From: Lytechinus pictus
Lineage: Eukaryota
Length of the DNA: 64,000 nt
Assembly: GCF_037042905.1 (NCBI RefSeq)
Contig: NC_087252.1
Span: 18,478,001 to 18,542,000 of the forward strand
Direction of reading: 5' to 3'
A program made the position numbers and the translations under genes. The first letter of the stretch is position 1; each line of letters opens with the position of its first letter. Below the pieces are notes generated by a model. It did no database searches. It was given only the letters and a program-made list of their open reading frames with translations, and was not told where the DNA came from. Of the stretch, positions 24,135-37,584 are shown piece after piece.

Positions 24135-27114
24135 TGCAGCAATGGAGATACACACCTGAAAGTTAACCCTGAGTCAACCGACTTGAAGTCAATTTACTCA
24201 GAGTCATGTTCAGGACTTAGAATTGTTTCGAGCTCAGAGAGTGTACTGCGGGCGGCAACGGAGTGCTATATCACGATTGCAGTTTCTTTCAGTTGATTTT
24301 TCTGACATGTTGTCTGTTTTCTTGATAACTGTTCAACTGGTTTGAGTTATTGCTTGTTAATAACAAAATAATGAGTCTAGATTTGTCATTGTAATGATCC
24401 ACGCAGATCGATTAATGTGGGGTTGTGGTCGCTTATTAGAACAGCCACTATACGTACGTGCATAGACCTACTGCGTACTCTGCGGAGCGAGAACCGATTT
24501 TGAGTAATTGTGTAGTCTTATTCCAGGAATAAATAAATAAGTAAAATAATAATTATAACAATGCTCTAAAATTGTTTGGTTTTGTTTTTGTTGTTCAAAC
24601 TGTGGTGTGATATTATGGTTCGACGCTTATTTTCCAAGATTCGTCAATTTTGACATCCAATAAAGTGTACTGACAGTGGCGTAGGCCTACTTCTGGTAGG
24701 GTTTGTGTCTTTGTGGGGCGCGCTGCTGTTCCCCCATCCCCCCCCCCGCCCATCCCCCATATTTTCTTCAAAAGGTTTGTGTGTGTATGTGTGTGTGTGC
24801 GTGCGCGCGCGCATGTATGAAAATGTCGATTAATTTGATTTGATTTGATTTGTCAAGTTGAAAATGTAGATCTAGGCCGGATGAGGCAATTCTTGGTAGA
24901 TCTATTGACATTGAATTGTACATTTTTCAACATAATTAAAATACTAGATCTAGATCTATATGGTAACTATGTCAGATTTCGATACACATCACCCCGCAAC
25001 GCTAAAAAAATTCTCAAAGAGAGTCATAACAACTTGAGGTAAGATGAATACCACCATTATTGACCTGAAGTCCGCAAACTAAAACATATCATCACTTTGA
25101 GTCGATTTTAATGAGGGATATATTACGTTATATACTTCATATATTTTAGGTCAGTTTCACGCTAAAGTAAGATACCAACTGCTCCACCCCCCAAAAAAAA
25201 ACTATTATATTAAGATATGGACAGGATATGGGAATAGCGTAATGTCATCTATTCCTGAAAACCCACAAAGAGAGTCATAACAACTTGAGGTAAGATGAAT
25301 ACCACCATTATGGACCTCAAGTCAGCTAAGTAAAATATATCATCACTTTGAGTCGATTATATTAAGGGATATAAGGTAATGTTATCTATTCCTGAAAATC
25401 CACAGAGTCATAACAACTTCAGGTAAGATGAATACCACCATTATGGACCTCAAGTCAGCTAAGTAAAATATATCATCACTTTGAGTCGATTATATTAAGG
25501 GATATAAGGTAATGTTATCTATTCCTGAAAATCCACAGAGTCATAACAACTTCAGGTAAGATGAATACCACCATTATTGCCCTCAAGTCAGCAAACTAAA
25601 ACATATCATCACTTTGAGTCGATTGTAATGAGGGATATCTTACTTTAGATACTTTATATATTTTAGGTCAGTTTCACGCTAAAGTAAGATACCAACTGCT
25701 CCACCCCCCCAAAAAAAAAAAAAATATTATATTAAGATATGGACAGGATATGGGAAGAACGTAATGTTATCTATTCCTGAAAATCCACAAAGAGAGTCAT
25801 AACAACCTCAGGTATTAGATGAATACCACCATTATTGACCTCAAGTCAGCAAACTAAAACATATATTCTATTTGAGTTGATTATATTAAGGGATATAAGG
25901 TAATGTTATCTAGTCCTGAAAATCCACAAAGAGAGTCATAACAACACACAGTCCCATTCGCACGAAATCGCGTGGGCATTGCTGCGTTAAGTCTCCATGC
26001 TGCAGAACTACTGGCGAGGAATGTGCGTCTTTAAATATCAACCCCCCCCCCAAATAAAAAATAAATAAATAAATAAATGAATAAATGGGAAAAAATAGAA
26101 TGAGTAGGTATGATACGTGGATGTCGGACATGCCGGGATAAATTAAATGTCTCTAGACAATGTACACACATGAAAACCATAAAGTGACCCAAAACTTTAA
26201 GTAAAGTTAATACTACCCACAAAACCCTCAAGTCATGTAATTAAAAAACATGTCATCACTTTTAGTCAGTTACATGAAGGAATATAATCACACGACTGAG
26301 GTTGTTTTATTAACAGTTTTATGCAAAATCATCATATCAATCCCCCCCCCCCGCTGAAAAAAAAGTCATAGACAGGGTATGGGATGAGGTAATGTTATCT
26401 CAACATGAAAATCCATGAAGTGAGGCATAACAACATCAAGTTAAGTGAATACTACAGAGAGTGACCTCCAGTCACCGTACAAAAACATTCCATCACTTTT
26501 AGTCCATTATATCAAGAAATATAATCATAATACTGAGTATTATGCTATATTAATATATCAACTGCACCCCCCCCAAAAAAAAAATTGAGACATGGACAGG
26601 ATCTATGATATGTTATGTATACCACGAGATCAAGTCGATCTACCTTTGTTTTCATTTTTATTGTTAATTCAAATATCAACTGCCCCCCCAACTGCAGCCC
26701 TGGAAACCCTACTAATCTAGGCCTCAGTACACTTAATTGGATGTAATCCAAATTGAATTGAATGAACAAATATTTTGTTGATTAATCTTGGAACCATATT
26801 ATTCAAAAAAAAAAAAAAATCAAAATTTTACTCTTTTTTTTATAGTTATTTATTCGTTCCTGGAATAAGACTACACTATTTCACAAAATCAGCTCTCGCT
26901 CCGCAGAACACACAACATGTCTATGAATGTACGTAGTGGCTGTTCTAATAAGCGATCACACCCCCCAACTGTGTTTCCCATCGTGAAAGCACTCCATTGC
27001 CGCCCGTAGTACACTCTCCGAGCTCAAAAAAAGTCCTGAACATGACTCTGAGTAAATTGACTTCAAGTCGGTTGACTCAGGGTCAACTTTCAGGTGTGTA
27101 TCTCCATTGCTGCA
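24135..27114. mobile_element. Long-TIR foldback-type element with internal tandem repeats, unclassified
   Basis: TGCAGCAATGGAGATACACACCTGAAAG...CTTTCAGGTGTGTATCTCCATTGCTGCA; arms of several hundred bp; TA flanks in (TA)n; ~120-bp agagtcataacaactt repeats 25020-26520. Confidence 0.85.
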
Positions 27115-27192
27115 TATATATATATGTGTGTGTGTGTGTGAGGGTGTGTATGTGTGAGGGTGAGGGTGTATGTGTGTGTGTTTGTGTGTGTA

Positions 27193-27227
<35 letters not shown>

Positions 27228-27331
27228 GAATATCAGTATGAAACCAAAAGGTGGGAGTAATTTCACTTTTTTATTTCGTAATTACATGCATTTAAATACA
27301 CACACCCAAGCAACACACATACATGCATTTA

Positions 27332-27393
<62 letters not shown>

Positions 27394-27396
<3 letters not shown>

Positions 27397-27512
27397 GTTA
27401 AACGTTTGCTGCCGGCGGTTTCACGCCTGAACTTGAGGCGATCTTCAGGCAGAGTCTGCCTGAAGTTCGCCTCAAGTTCGGGTGTGAAACCTGTAGCAGG
27501 GCATTCAACAGG
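27394..27512. mobile_element. 119-bp hairpin mini-MITE
   Basis: Two imperfect inverted arms meeting at ...ttcaggcaga g tctgcctgaa...; CCTGTT...AACAGG ends; TA flanks. Confidence 0.7.
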
Positions 27513-27582
27513 TATGATTATGCTCTGCTTTATATATGGCATTGGGCACTTGCACAATCATCGGCATCTTCACATCTAATGC

Positions 27583-27613
<31 letters not shown>

Positions 27614-27897
27614 GAGGCACAGTGGTAATGCATTGTACTTAGTTCCAACAGTTTATTTTGAAGTTCAAATTATCGCGTGAGGACATCATTGTTATGTCGC
27701 AATCACTTATGACACCACCACAATCATGAAAGTGCAAGAATAGAATGGATAAAGGCTTATGTATCAAGAAAATAAACTACGACAAAAAGAGGTGACAATG
27801 ACCTCCCAAATCACTCTATCTTGAAATAAACTGTTAATGTGTATGGAGGAGAGTAGAGCAATAATAATAATAATAAACCTATGAGAAATTCCTGAAA

Positions 27898-28219
27898 TTA
27901 TTTATAAAAATTGTATTTGTCCAGCCAAGACAAGTCCTTGTTTAGGCCATACTGAAAACTTCGGCTGTGAATAATGGCTCGAAGCTCAGCGAGTTTCCTT
28001 TCTTCTGCGGACTTATAACCTCCTCCGAAAAGAACTATTTTAAGATCACTGATCTCAAAATCACTGAGTGATTGTCTCTGTTGAAGTGCTCAGCTACCGG
28101 GAAACCATCACGGTGTTGTCGGATAGTAGACCTGTGATTATTGAATCCTGTCCTAAATTTAGTACTGGTTTCTCCAATGTATGTTACATCTGGGCATTTG
28201 CTACAGAGTAAGCAATACA

Positions 28220-28223
<4 letters not shown>
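27898..28223 (-). mobile_element. 5'-truncated Penelope-like element, GIY-YIG C-terminus (different family from 19820-21970)
   Basis: LYCLLCSKCPDVTYIGETSTKFRTGFNNHRSTIR...PVAEHFN, frameshift, ERKLAELRAII...YGLNKDLSWLDKYNFYK*; 3' UTR extends to ~27610. Confidence 0.85.
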
Positions 28224-28268
<45 letters not shown>

Positions 28269-28272
<4 letters not shown>

Positions 28273-30924
28273 ACAAAAAAAGTAAGTCCCCCCTAAATCA
28301 AACTGCTGTAACTTTTGAACGGAATTATTTTGAGATATTATATTCCGTAGGTGGTTTTCTACACTCATTAAGCAACTCCTGGGAAAAAATAAGATTGATC
28401 GGTTGAGTCATGCATGAGTAATTAAAGATTGAATTAAAAATGACAATTTTTAAAGTCACAAGAGTCGTTTTTCAGATTGTGCAAATACAAAGTTGGGCAA
28501 ATGTTGTCTTTAGGGGAATTTTATGGTGTTATGCTGTTTTACTATCCATCATTTAGCCACTCCACACACAATTTTGATATCATAATGTTCATGGTTGAGT
28601 GAGCGCAATGTATTGCAGGGGCCGCGGAAGCGGGGGGGGGGGGGGGGCTGTGCGGGGAGCTTCAGTCCCCCCCCCCCACTTTTTTCCAAAAGCATGTACA
28701 AATGTAAAAATGACCATACGATTGTGATTTTTTTGCATGGCCAGCCTCCCCCCCCCCACTTTGAAAACCCTTCCCCGGCCCCTGTATTGTGACGTATCAT
28801 CATAGGGGTTTATGGTAGTATCCTCTACAACTTGTTAGATCATGTTAAAATTTGAAAATGTTGGTGGCTCCCCCGATTATAGGCCCCTCCCCCATTTTTT
28901 AATTCTGGACCAACCACTGAGGCCATAGATTAAACTGATCATGAGGAATTGTTAGGAAAAGAATACATTTATGCAGTATAAAGAGCATCCATTCCTAAGT
29001 TTTCGAATGTGCTCGCTCAACCATGAAAATGTTTAAAGTTCGGAAAGTGTGTGGTGATAGAAATGATGGATGATAAAAACAATAGCAATTTGAAACCGAA
29101 TTTGCCCCCAATATTCACTTTATTACCGTTTAAAATGAGTCTGTGACATTGAAAATACACATTTTCCCACTTTGATGCGTGCTCACTCATCCATAAATAA
29201 ACAAATCGATTTCATTTTTGCACAGAATTCTGCCCATAGGTTGATAAACATTACTACCAAATGACATTGCTAAAGACAGCCGTGAAAAAAAGTTCCACTA
29301 TATTGAATAAGGGGTTACTTATTCTTAAAGGAGAATGAAACTCTTGGAGCAAGTTAGCTTTTGTGAAAGCAGAAAAATCAAAGAATAAGATCAACAAAAC
29401 TTTGAGTAAAATAGGACTAGCAATAAAAGAGTTATGAGCATTTGAATGTCGAGATCACTAATGCTATGGAGATCCTCCCATTGGCAATGCGACCAAGATC
29501 TGTGATGTCACACACGTACAACTCTCCCATTCGGACACTGAAAATATACCCCAAAACATCTCTTTTTGCTCATTCTGATCATATGACAAACGATTCATCA
29601 ATGATATAATGTTGTGAAACCTCTGTACTTGTCATTTCATAAAGAAAACACATAACCTTGTGATAGACTCTATAAAAGTGAGAATATAAGTGAAATAAGT
29701 ACTAAAGTAATGAGGGAGTTGTACGTGTGTGATATCACAGATCTTGGTCGCATTGCCGATGGGAGGATCTACATGGCACTAGTGATCTCAATATTCAAAT
29801 GCTCATAACTTTCTTATTATTCATTCAATCTTCCTCAAACTTTCAACAATATGTTTCTTTGATTTTTCTCTTTGATATGGATTCAGCTAGTTTCAAGGGT
29901 TTCATTCTCCTTTAAACATGTGCACCCGTAATGTACACAAGTCTATGAGAGACGAAGTCAAAATTTTAACAAATATTAAATGAGGGTTTGTTTCATGGAC
30001 GGTTTTTTGTTACTTCTGCCAATAGTTATTTCATGAAACTTCGTACATGGCTTCAGAGTAACACTATCCAAAAGGCGCGCACACCAAAATAACCATTCGA
30101 TACGACACAGAGTGGGGCCAAGGCCTTGAACTTTCTTCTCATTTGCATAATTGTCGAATATTGTGTGCTCACTGATGCATTAAACATCGGGATTTTCATA
30201 AAAATCAAATCAAATGAACTATGCAAGGAGGTTTGTGACAGATATCCATAGTAACAAATTGCATTTTTTCCAATAACGTAAAAAAGAGCTAATCGCATTC
30301 CACATGTTCATTCAAGCGTGGATATTTAATTAAACGCGTTTGAATCATTGAAGCATGTTAATCGGTCATGAACATAACGAAAAAGTTGATAAAAGATCAG
30401 TTCCCAAAATGAACCAATACTTGCCTATGATATTTGAAAATCGTATTTTTTTGTTTTCAATAAATGTCCATTGAACCGTGAAACAATGAATATTGTTGAA
30501 GAAATTCTTCCAAAAATAACTGTCATCATATTCTATCATTTTTATTGATATAAATGTGTAAAAAATCCAATTAGAGCAAATTTGGACTTGTGTTTATTCA
30601 ACCGTGAAATTTAGCCAAACAAGTTGTATCGTCTTTTAGAGAGTACCTTTTACAAGCCTTCTGACTATTTTTTATGATGAGAATGTAAAATTAGTTCCAA
30701 TAAAATGGAATCAAAGTCATGATATTTGGCTTGTGACTTTTGAAAAGTGACATTTTTGCCTTCTGACGGTGCTCACTGAAGCGTGAAGTGAAATACGTCC
30801 ATAACGTTTACTCAGAGGGTAGCTTATAAAATTACCTACAAGCTCATGTAAAAATATATTAAAAACTCGCATTGGTTCGGAAATTATTGATGTTTGTTTA
30901 AGGGGGGACTTACTTTTTTTGTTG

Positions 30925-30926
<2 letters not shown>
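28269..30926 (-). mobile_element. TA-inserted TIR element, copy 2 (inverted relative to copy 1)
   Basis: Reverse-complement homology to 22061-24126 throughout, plus one Kolobok-like insert. Confidence 0.85.
29329..29911. mobile_element. Kolobok-like MITE
   Basis: AGGAGAATGAAAC...GTTTCATTCTCCT TIR; TTAA TSD; empty single-TTAA site visible in copy 1 near 23077. Confidence 0.85.
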
Positions 30927-30955
<29 letters not shown>

Positions 30956-31329
30956 AAAAAAGTTTGGAAATCTGTGTTTGGCCATTAATTTCTCCCAAGT
31001 CCCAATTTTACACAATGCATATTTTATATCATTCAAAAGATCATTTAATTTTCTTTAAAATGATACCATGCTTGTTATGATCATGCCATCACAAAAAGAG
31101 TAGGATTCAAAAGTGTTGGATGAGGTCTGAATTGAAAAGCTGCAAAACGAGCAAAAAAAAGTTTGGAAATCTGACTTTGGCCATTAATTTCTCCCAACTC
31201 CCAAGTTTACACAATGCATATTTTATATCATTCAAAAGATCTTTTAATTCTTTTAAAATGATACCATGCTTGTTAAGATCATGCCATCAGATCATGAAAC
31301 TCCATTCAAATCAAGCCCCTGCTTCTGTA

Positions 31330-34300
31330 TAGTGGAGCGGTTATGTGACAAAAAATGGCCAAGAAGCTCGGATCTGGCAGAAAGTGTGAAATTTTGCATG
31401 CGGTGGTATTTTTGGGCGCTGATTTAAAAAATTGCCGGCCCCAAGCGATTTGACCATCGGGTCGGCCGCCATTTTGAAATCCAAGATGGCCGCCATGAAA
31501 TATCATTAAATGTCAATTTCTTAAGTTTTACATGGCATGTGACACTGAAATTTGGCATATAGGGGTATTTTGAGGCACTGATTTCAAATATTACCTTCCA
31601 TCAGCAATTTGACCATTTGGTCGGCGGCAAAATGGCCGCCATCTTGAAATCAAAGATGGCCGCCATAATATATTATTGCAATCATTTTCTCGAGTTTTAT
31701 ATGAACTGCGGTATTGACATTTGGCATAAAGGCTTAATTTGGGGTGCTGATTTCAAATATTGCCGGCCCCAAGTGATTTGACCATCGCGTCGGCCGCCAT
31801 TTTGAAATCCAAGATGGCCGCCATTTTGAAATCATTAATGTCATTTTCTTGAGTTTTACATGACGTGTGACACTGAAATTTGGTATGTTGGGGTATATTT
31901 AGGCACTGATTTCAAATATTACCGGCCCCCAGCAAATTTACCACTTGGTCAGCGGCTAAATGGCCGCCATTTTGAAATCTAAGATGGCCGCCATGAAAAA
32001 TCATTAAATGTAATTTTCTTGAGTTTTACATGATATGTGACACTGAAATTTGGCATATAGGCTTAATTTGGGGTGCTGATTTCAAATATTGCCGGCTCCA
32101 AGTGATTTGAACATTGCATCGGCCGCCATTTTTAATCAAAGATGGCCGCCATGAGAAATCATTAATGTAATTTTCTTGAGTTTTACATGACATGTGACAC
32201 TGAAATTTGGTATGTTGGGGTATTTTTAGGCACTGATTTCAAATATTGCCGGCCCCCAGCAATTTGACCACTTGGTCAGTAGCTAAAGGGCCGCCATTTC
32301 GAAATCAAAGATGGCCGCCATGAAAAATCGTTAAATGTCATTTTCTTGAGTTTTACATGATATGTGACACTGAAATTTGGCATATAGGCTTAAATCGGGG
32401 TGCTGATTTCAAATATAGCCGGCCTCAAGCGATTTGACCATCGGGTCAGCCGCCATTTAAAATCCAAAATGGCCGCCATGAAAAATCATTGAATTCATTT
32501 TCTTGAATTTTACATAATATGTGCCCCTGAAATTTGTAGTATATCGGTATCTGGGTGAGTTCATTTAAAAAATTGCTTGCTCCAAGCAATCTGACAATTG
32601 GTCGGCGGAAAAATGGCCCACATCTTGAATTCGAAGCTGGCTGCCTTAGAAATATTGCAATTATTTCGTTGAGTTTTATATGATCTGCGGTATTGCACTT
32701 TGACATATAGAAGTAGTGTGGGGAGCTTATTTCAAATATTGCTGGCCCTCAGCGATCTGATCCCCTGAGTCAGGGTTATACCGGCCAAAAATATTCATTC
32801 GAGCCAACCCATTTAATTTTAAATTTTAAATGTTGATATTGCTGATTGACAAAAATGAATGAAAATGATTGATAATCTAACTCTTATTCTAGGGAGGGTA
32901 TCTTTACTGAACTTCCTTTTTTCAAACTGGGAAGATATATCACCACTTTGGAACTATTTTTATTCTGGCGGGAGAAGTATTGCCATTTTACTGCCTCAAG
33001 TGAGGAATTTGATCCTGTCAGGTGTAGTCTTCATAAATGCCGATTTATTTTTAAAATGAGCTGGTCGAGGTACCCTTTTCTGGTCAGATATGGAATGTCA
33101 GACATATATCCTATCCACTGGACAGGTAGTAAACATTTAATTCTTGAATTTCATCCTTATTTTTTTTTTGAGCGCCTCTTTAACACACGAGTCTATGGGA
33201 TATGTTTTAGGCCCGTGATACCTCAGCTGCAAAATGGCAGCCATCTTGAAATCCAAGATGGCTGCCATAAAAAAAATCAAGTATCATAATTATAACGTAG
33301 GTATTATTTTGAAATTTGGCATCTTGGGGGTATTGAAATTTCCCCCCAGTAATCTGTCCAATAGATATGCTGCAAAATGGCCACCATCTTGAAATCTAGA
33401 GAGGATCGACTGTCATGAAAATTCATTAAAATAATTTTCTTGAGTTTTAAATAATTTGAGGCACTGCATTTTAGACATACAGGCAGGTTTTGGCCTGTTG
33501 GTTTTAGAATATTGCTGCCCCAGTGATTGATCCACCGGGTCAGCTGAAAATGACCGCCACTTTGAAATCTAAGATGGCTACTACGAAATATCTTTCAAAA
33601 ATGTTTTCCTGAATTCTACATTACCTGTGACACTGTAAATTGGTATGAAGCAAAAACTTGTATTGTATGTTAATTTCAAATATGGATAGATAATGAACAT
33701 ATAACACATAACACACTTTATCTGCCATTTTAAATTCCCATATGACCCATCATGACACAAAGGACATGATTACCTAGCTTAGTTCTAAATATTGATTATT
33801 GTGGGGGAAAATAAGTACAATATGATAGCACGAATCGGAATTAATGTATGGTATAACTGATGGTAATCCATTTATTATTGCTATCAATCATTTATTTGCT
33901 AGGCAAAAAATCAATGAAATGTAGCCTCCTCAAAAAATGAAAATGTTTTTTATTGAACCCTCGGTATATCAACAAACAAATGATTTCACACCCACTCCAG
34001 AAAGAAAAAAAATACCCATGATGAACCATTTATGCATTTTATATCACACAACATAATGGGGCAGCTGCTCGTACAGTATATGACGTCACAAATCAAAAAC
34101 TTAAAATTCTGATATCTTAGATGGATTTCTTATATCATATTTTCTTGTGTTTTTACAACAAACTTTTCTCCGGGGTGAACTTCCCTTTTTAAGGGATAGA
34201 GCAATGTCCGATGTGGCGCTGCTAAGTTGCTGCCGGGCTCACGATCTACAGGGTATGGGCAAAATAAATTTTCGGAGCATTTCTGTTACTGAATTCTATT

Positions 34301-37300
34301 TTGAACAATAAAATATGTATTATTATCATCCATCATTGATATTAATTCATCATCATCATCATCATACCACTATATAACCATCAGTACTTCAAGTCTGGAG
34401 CAGTTTTCTTCATGTCGATTTGTAACAAAATATCACAATTAATGGAGCAATATTCTGAAACCAGCAGGCCAAAATCCTGCCTGTATGTCAAAAATGCAGT
34501 GCCTCAAATTATTTAAAACCAAGAAAATGATTTTAATGAATTTTCATGACAGTCTATCCTCTCTAGATTTCAAGATGGTGGCCATTTTGCAGCATATCTA
34601 TTGGACAGATTACTGGGGGCAATTTCAATATCCCTAGATGCCAAATTTTAAAATAATACATTACGTGATACTAGATAAAGTGATTTATTTTCAATGATCT
34701 TTTTTAATGGCAGCCATCTTGGATTTCAAGATGGCTGACATTTTGCTTCTGACTCAGGGATCAGATCGCTGAGGGCCAGCAATGTTTGAAATAAGCACCC
34801 CGCACTCCGTCGATATGTCAAAGTGCAATACTGCAGATCATATAAAACTGAAAGAAATAATTTACAGCCTCTCAACAGAAAAGGATTGTTCCGGATGGTT
34901 ATTATTCAACCAAAGCCACTTCAAATGTGTAACTGCAGAAGAAGCTAGCTGGTTTGTGTATTCATGGTGCTTCATACTTACGTAACATCTATATCAGCAA
35001 TTAAGGGTGCCAAAGTATTATAATCCTTGCAACGGACAAAGATGTGGTTGTGTTGGATTTGTTTTCAGTGCCATAATGTTGTACATCATTCAAACTTGGT
35101 AACCATATTGGAATTCAAAATAGCATCTATTTATTGTGTTTTTTTTCATTGATCAAGGATGCAAAGATCTAGTTTTTCTCCAAATTTAAAGTGTTAAAGG
35201 CCATACGTAAGACTTGGGCGAATTATCTTTCATGGCGGCCATCTTGTATTTCAAAATGGCAACCAAACAGGGGTCTGACAATAATCAGTGCCTAAATATA
35301 TGCCTATATGACAACTTTCAGAGCCAGAGTTCATAAAAAACTCAAAACAATTATCATTGCTTTTAATTCATGGCGGTCATTTTGCCGAAACCCGGTGGTT
35401 ACATTGCTGGTGGCAAAAACCAGTGCCACGTACTTCAGTATGCCAAAGTTTGGTGTCATATATAATGTAAAATCCAAGAAAATTATTTTGATATGGTTTT
35501 TCATGGCAGCCATCTTGCCGCTGAACTGATGGTCAGATCACTTGTGGCTGGCAATATTTGAAATCAGCACCCAAAAATAGGTACTCTATTTGCCAAAGTT
35601 CAGAGCAAAATTTCAAAGAAAATTATTTTTAGTTATTTTCATGGCGGCCATCTTAGATTTCAAGATGGCGGCTGACCTGGTGGTAAGACTATTTGAAATA
35701 AGTGCCCTAAACTACACCTACACTGTATATGCTAAATTTCAATACCAAAGCTCATACAAAACTAGAGAAAATTATTGCAACGATATTTCATGGCGGCCAT
35801 CTTGGATTTTAAGATGGCGGCCGTTTTGCCGCTGACCTGGAGGTCAAATTGCTGGGGGCCGGCAATATTTGAAATCAGTGCCTCAAAATACCCCTATTTG
35901 CCAAATTTCAGTGTCACACGTCATGTAAAACTCAAGAAATTGACATTAATGATTTCTCAGGTCGGCCATCTTGGATTTCAAAATGGCGGCCGACGCGATG
36001 GTCAAATCACTTGGGGCCGGCAATATTTGAAATCAGCACCCAAGCCTATATGCCAAATTTCAATACCGCAGTTCATATAAAACTGGAGAATATGATTGCA
36101 ATAATATATCATGGCGGCCATCTTTGATTTCAAGATGGCGGCCATTTTGCCGCCGACCAAATGGTCAAGTTGCTGGGGGCCGGCAATATTTGAAATCAGT
36201 GCTTCAAAATACCCCTATATGCCAAATTTCAGTGTCACATGTCATGTAAAACTCAAGAAATTGACATTTAATAATTTATCATGGCGGCCATCTTGGATTT
36301 CAAAATGGCGGCCGACCCGATGGTCAAATCGCTTGGGGCTGGCAATTTTTGAAATCAGCGCCCAAAAATACCCCTGTATGCCAAATTTCAGTGTCACACG
36401 TCATGTAAAACTCAAGAAATTGACATTAATGATTTCTCAGGTCGGCCATCTTGGATTTCAAAATGGCGGCCGACGCGATGGTTAAATCACTTGGGGCCGG
36501 CAATATTTGAAATCAGCACCCCAAATTAAGCCTATATGCCAAATTTCAATACCGCAGTTCATATAAAACTCGAGAAAATGATTGCAATACTATATCATGG
36601 CGGCCATCTTTGATTTCAAGATGGCGGCCATTTTGCCGCCGACCAAATGGTCAAATTGCTGGTGGCCGGCAATATTTGAAATCAGTGCTTCAAAATACCC
36701 CTATATGCCAAATTTCAGTGTCACATGTCATGTAAAACTCAAGAAATTGACATTTACAAATGTAATGATTTATCATGGCGGCCATCTTGGATTTCAAAAT
36801 GGCGGCCGACCCGACGGTCAAATTGCTGGGGGCCGGCAATATTTGAAATCAGTGCTTCAAAATACCCCTATATGCCAAATTTCAGTGTCACATGTCATGT
36901 AAAACTCAAGAAATTGACATTTAATGATTTATCATGGCGGCCATCTTGGATTTCAAAATGGCGGCCGACCCGATGGTCAAATCGCTTGGGGCTGGCAATT
37001 TCTGAAATCAGCGCCCAAAAATACCCCTGTATGCCAAATTTCGGTGTCACACGTCATGTAAAACTCAAGAAATTGACATTAATGATTTCTCAGGTCGGCC
37101 ATCTTGGATTTCAAAATGGCGGCCGACGCGATGGTTAAATCACTTGGGGCCGGCAATATTTGAAATCAGCACCCCAAATTAAGCCTATATGCCAAATTTC
37201 AATACCGCAGTTCATATAAAACTCGAGAAAATGATTGCAATACTATATCATGGCGGCCATCTTTGATTTCAAGATGGCGGCCATTTTGCCGCCGACCAAA

Positions 37301-37584
37301 TGGTCAAATTGCTGGGGGCCGGCAATATTTGAAATCAGTGCTTCAAAATACCCCTATATGCCAAATTTCAGTGTCACATGTCATGTAAAACTCAAGAAAT
37401 TGACATTTACACATGTAATGATTTATCATGGCGGCCATCTTGGATTTCAAAATGGCGGCCGACCCGACGGTCAAATCGCTTGGGGCCGGCAATTTTTGAA
37501 ATCAGCGCCCAAAAATACCCCTGTATGCCAAATTTCACACTTTCTGCCAGATTCGAGCATCTTTTTCACATATCTACTGGACTA
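31330..37584. mobile_element. Academ-like DNA transposon (deletion derivative)
   Basis: TAG...CTA termini with imperfect long TIRs; 3-bp TSD GTA (31327-31329, 37585-37587); mirrored ~115-140-bp repeat arrays; transposase relic at 34921-35075. Confidence 0.8.
34921..35075 (+). pseudogene. Relic of Academ-type transposase nuclease (XPG/PIN-like) motif
   Basis: KCVTAEEA-(frameshift)-GLCIHGAS...*GCQSIIILATDKDVVVL resembles the EEADT..LH...DTDVxVL motif. Confidence 0.55.

Noticed and set aside
32850..33130. Minus-strand coding-like stretch inside the Academ-like element
   Set aside because: In-frame stop and no recognisable motif
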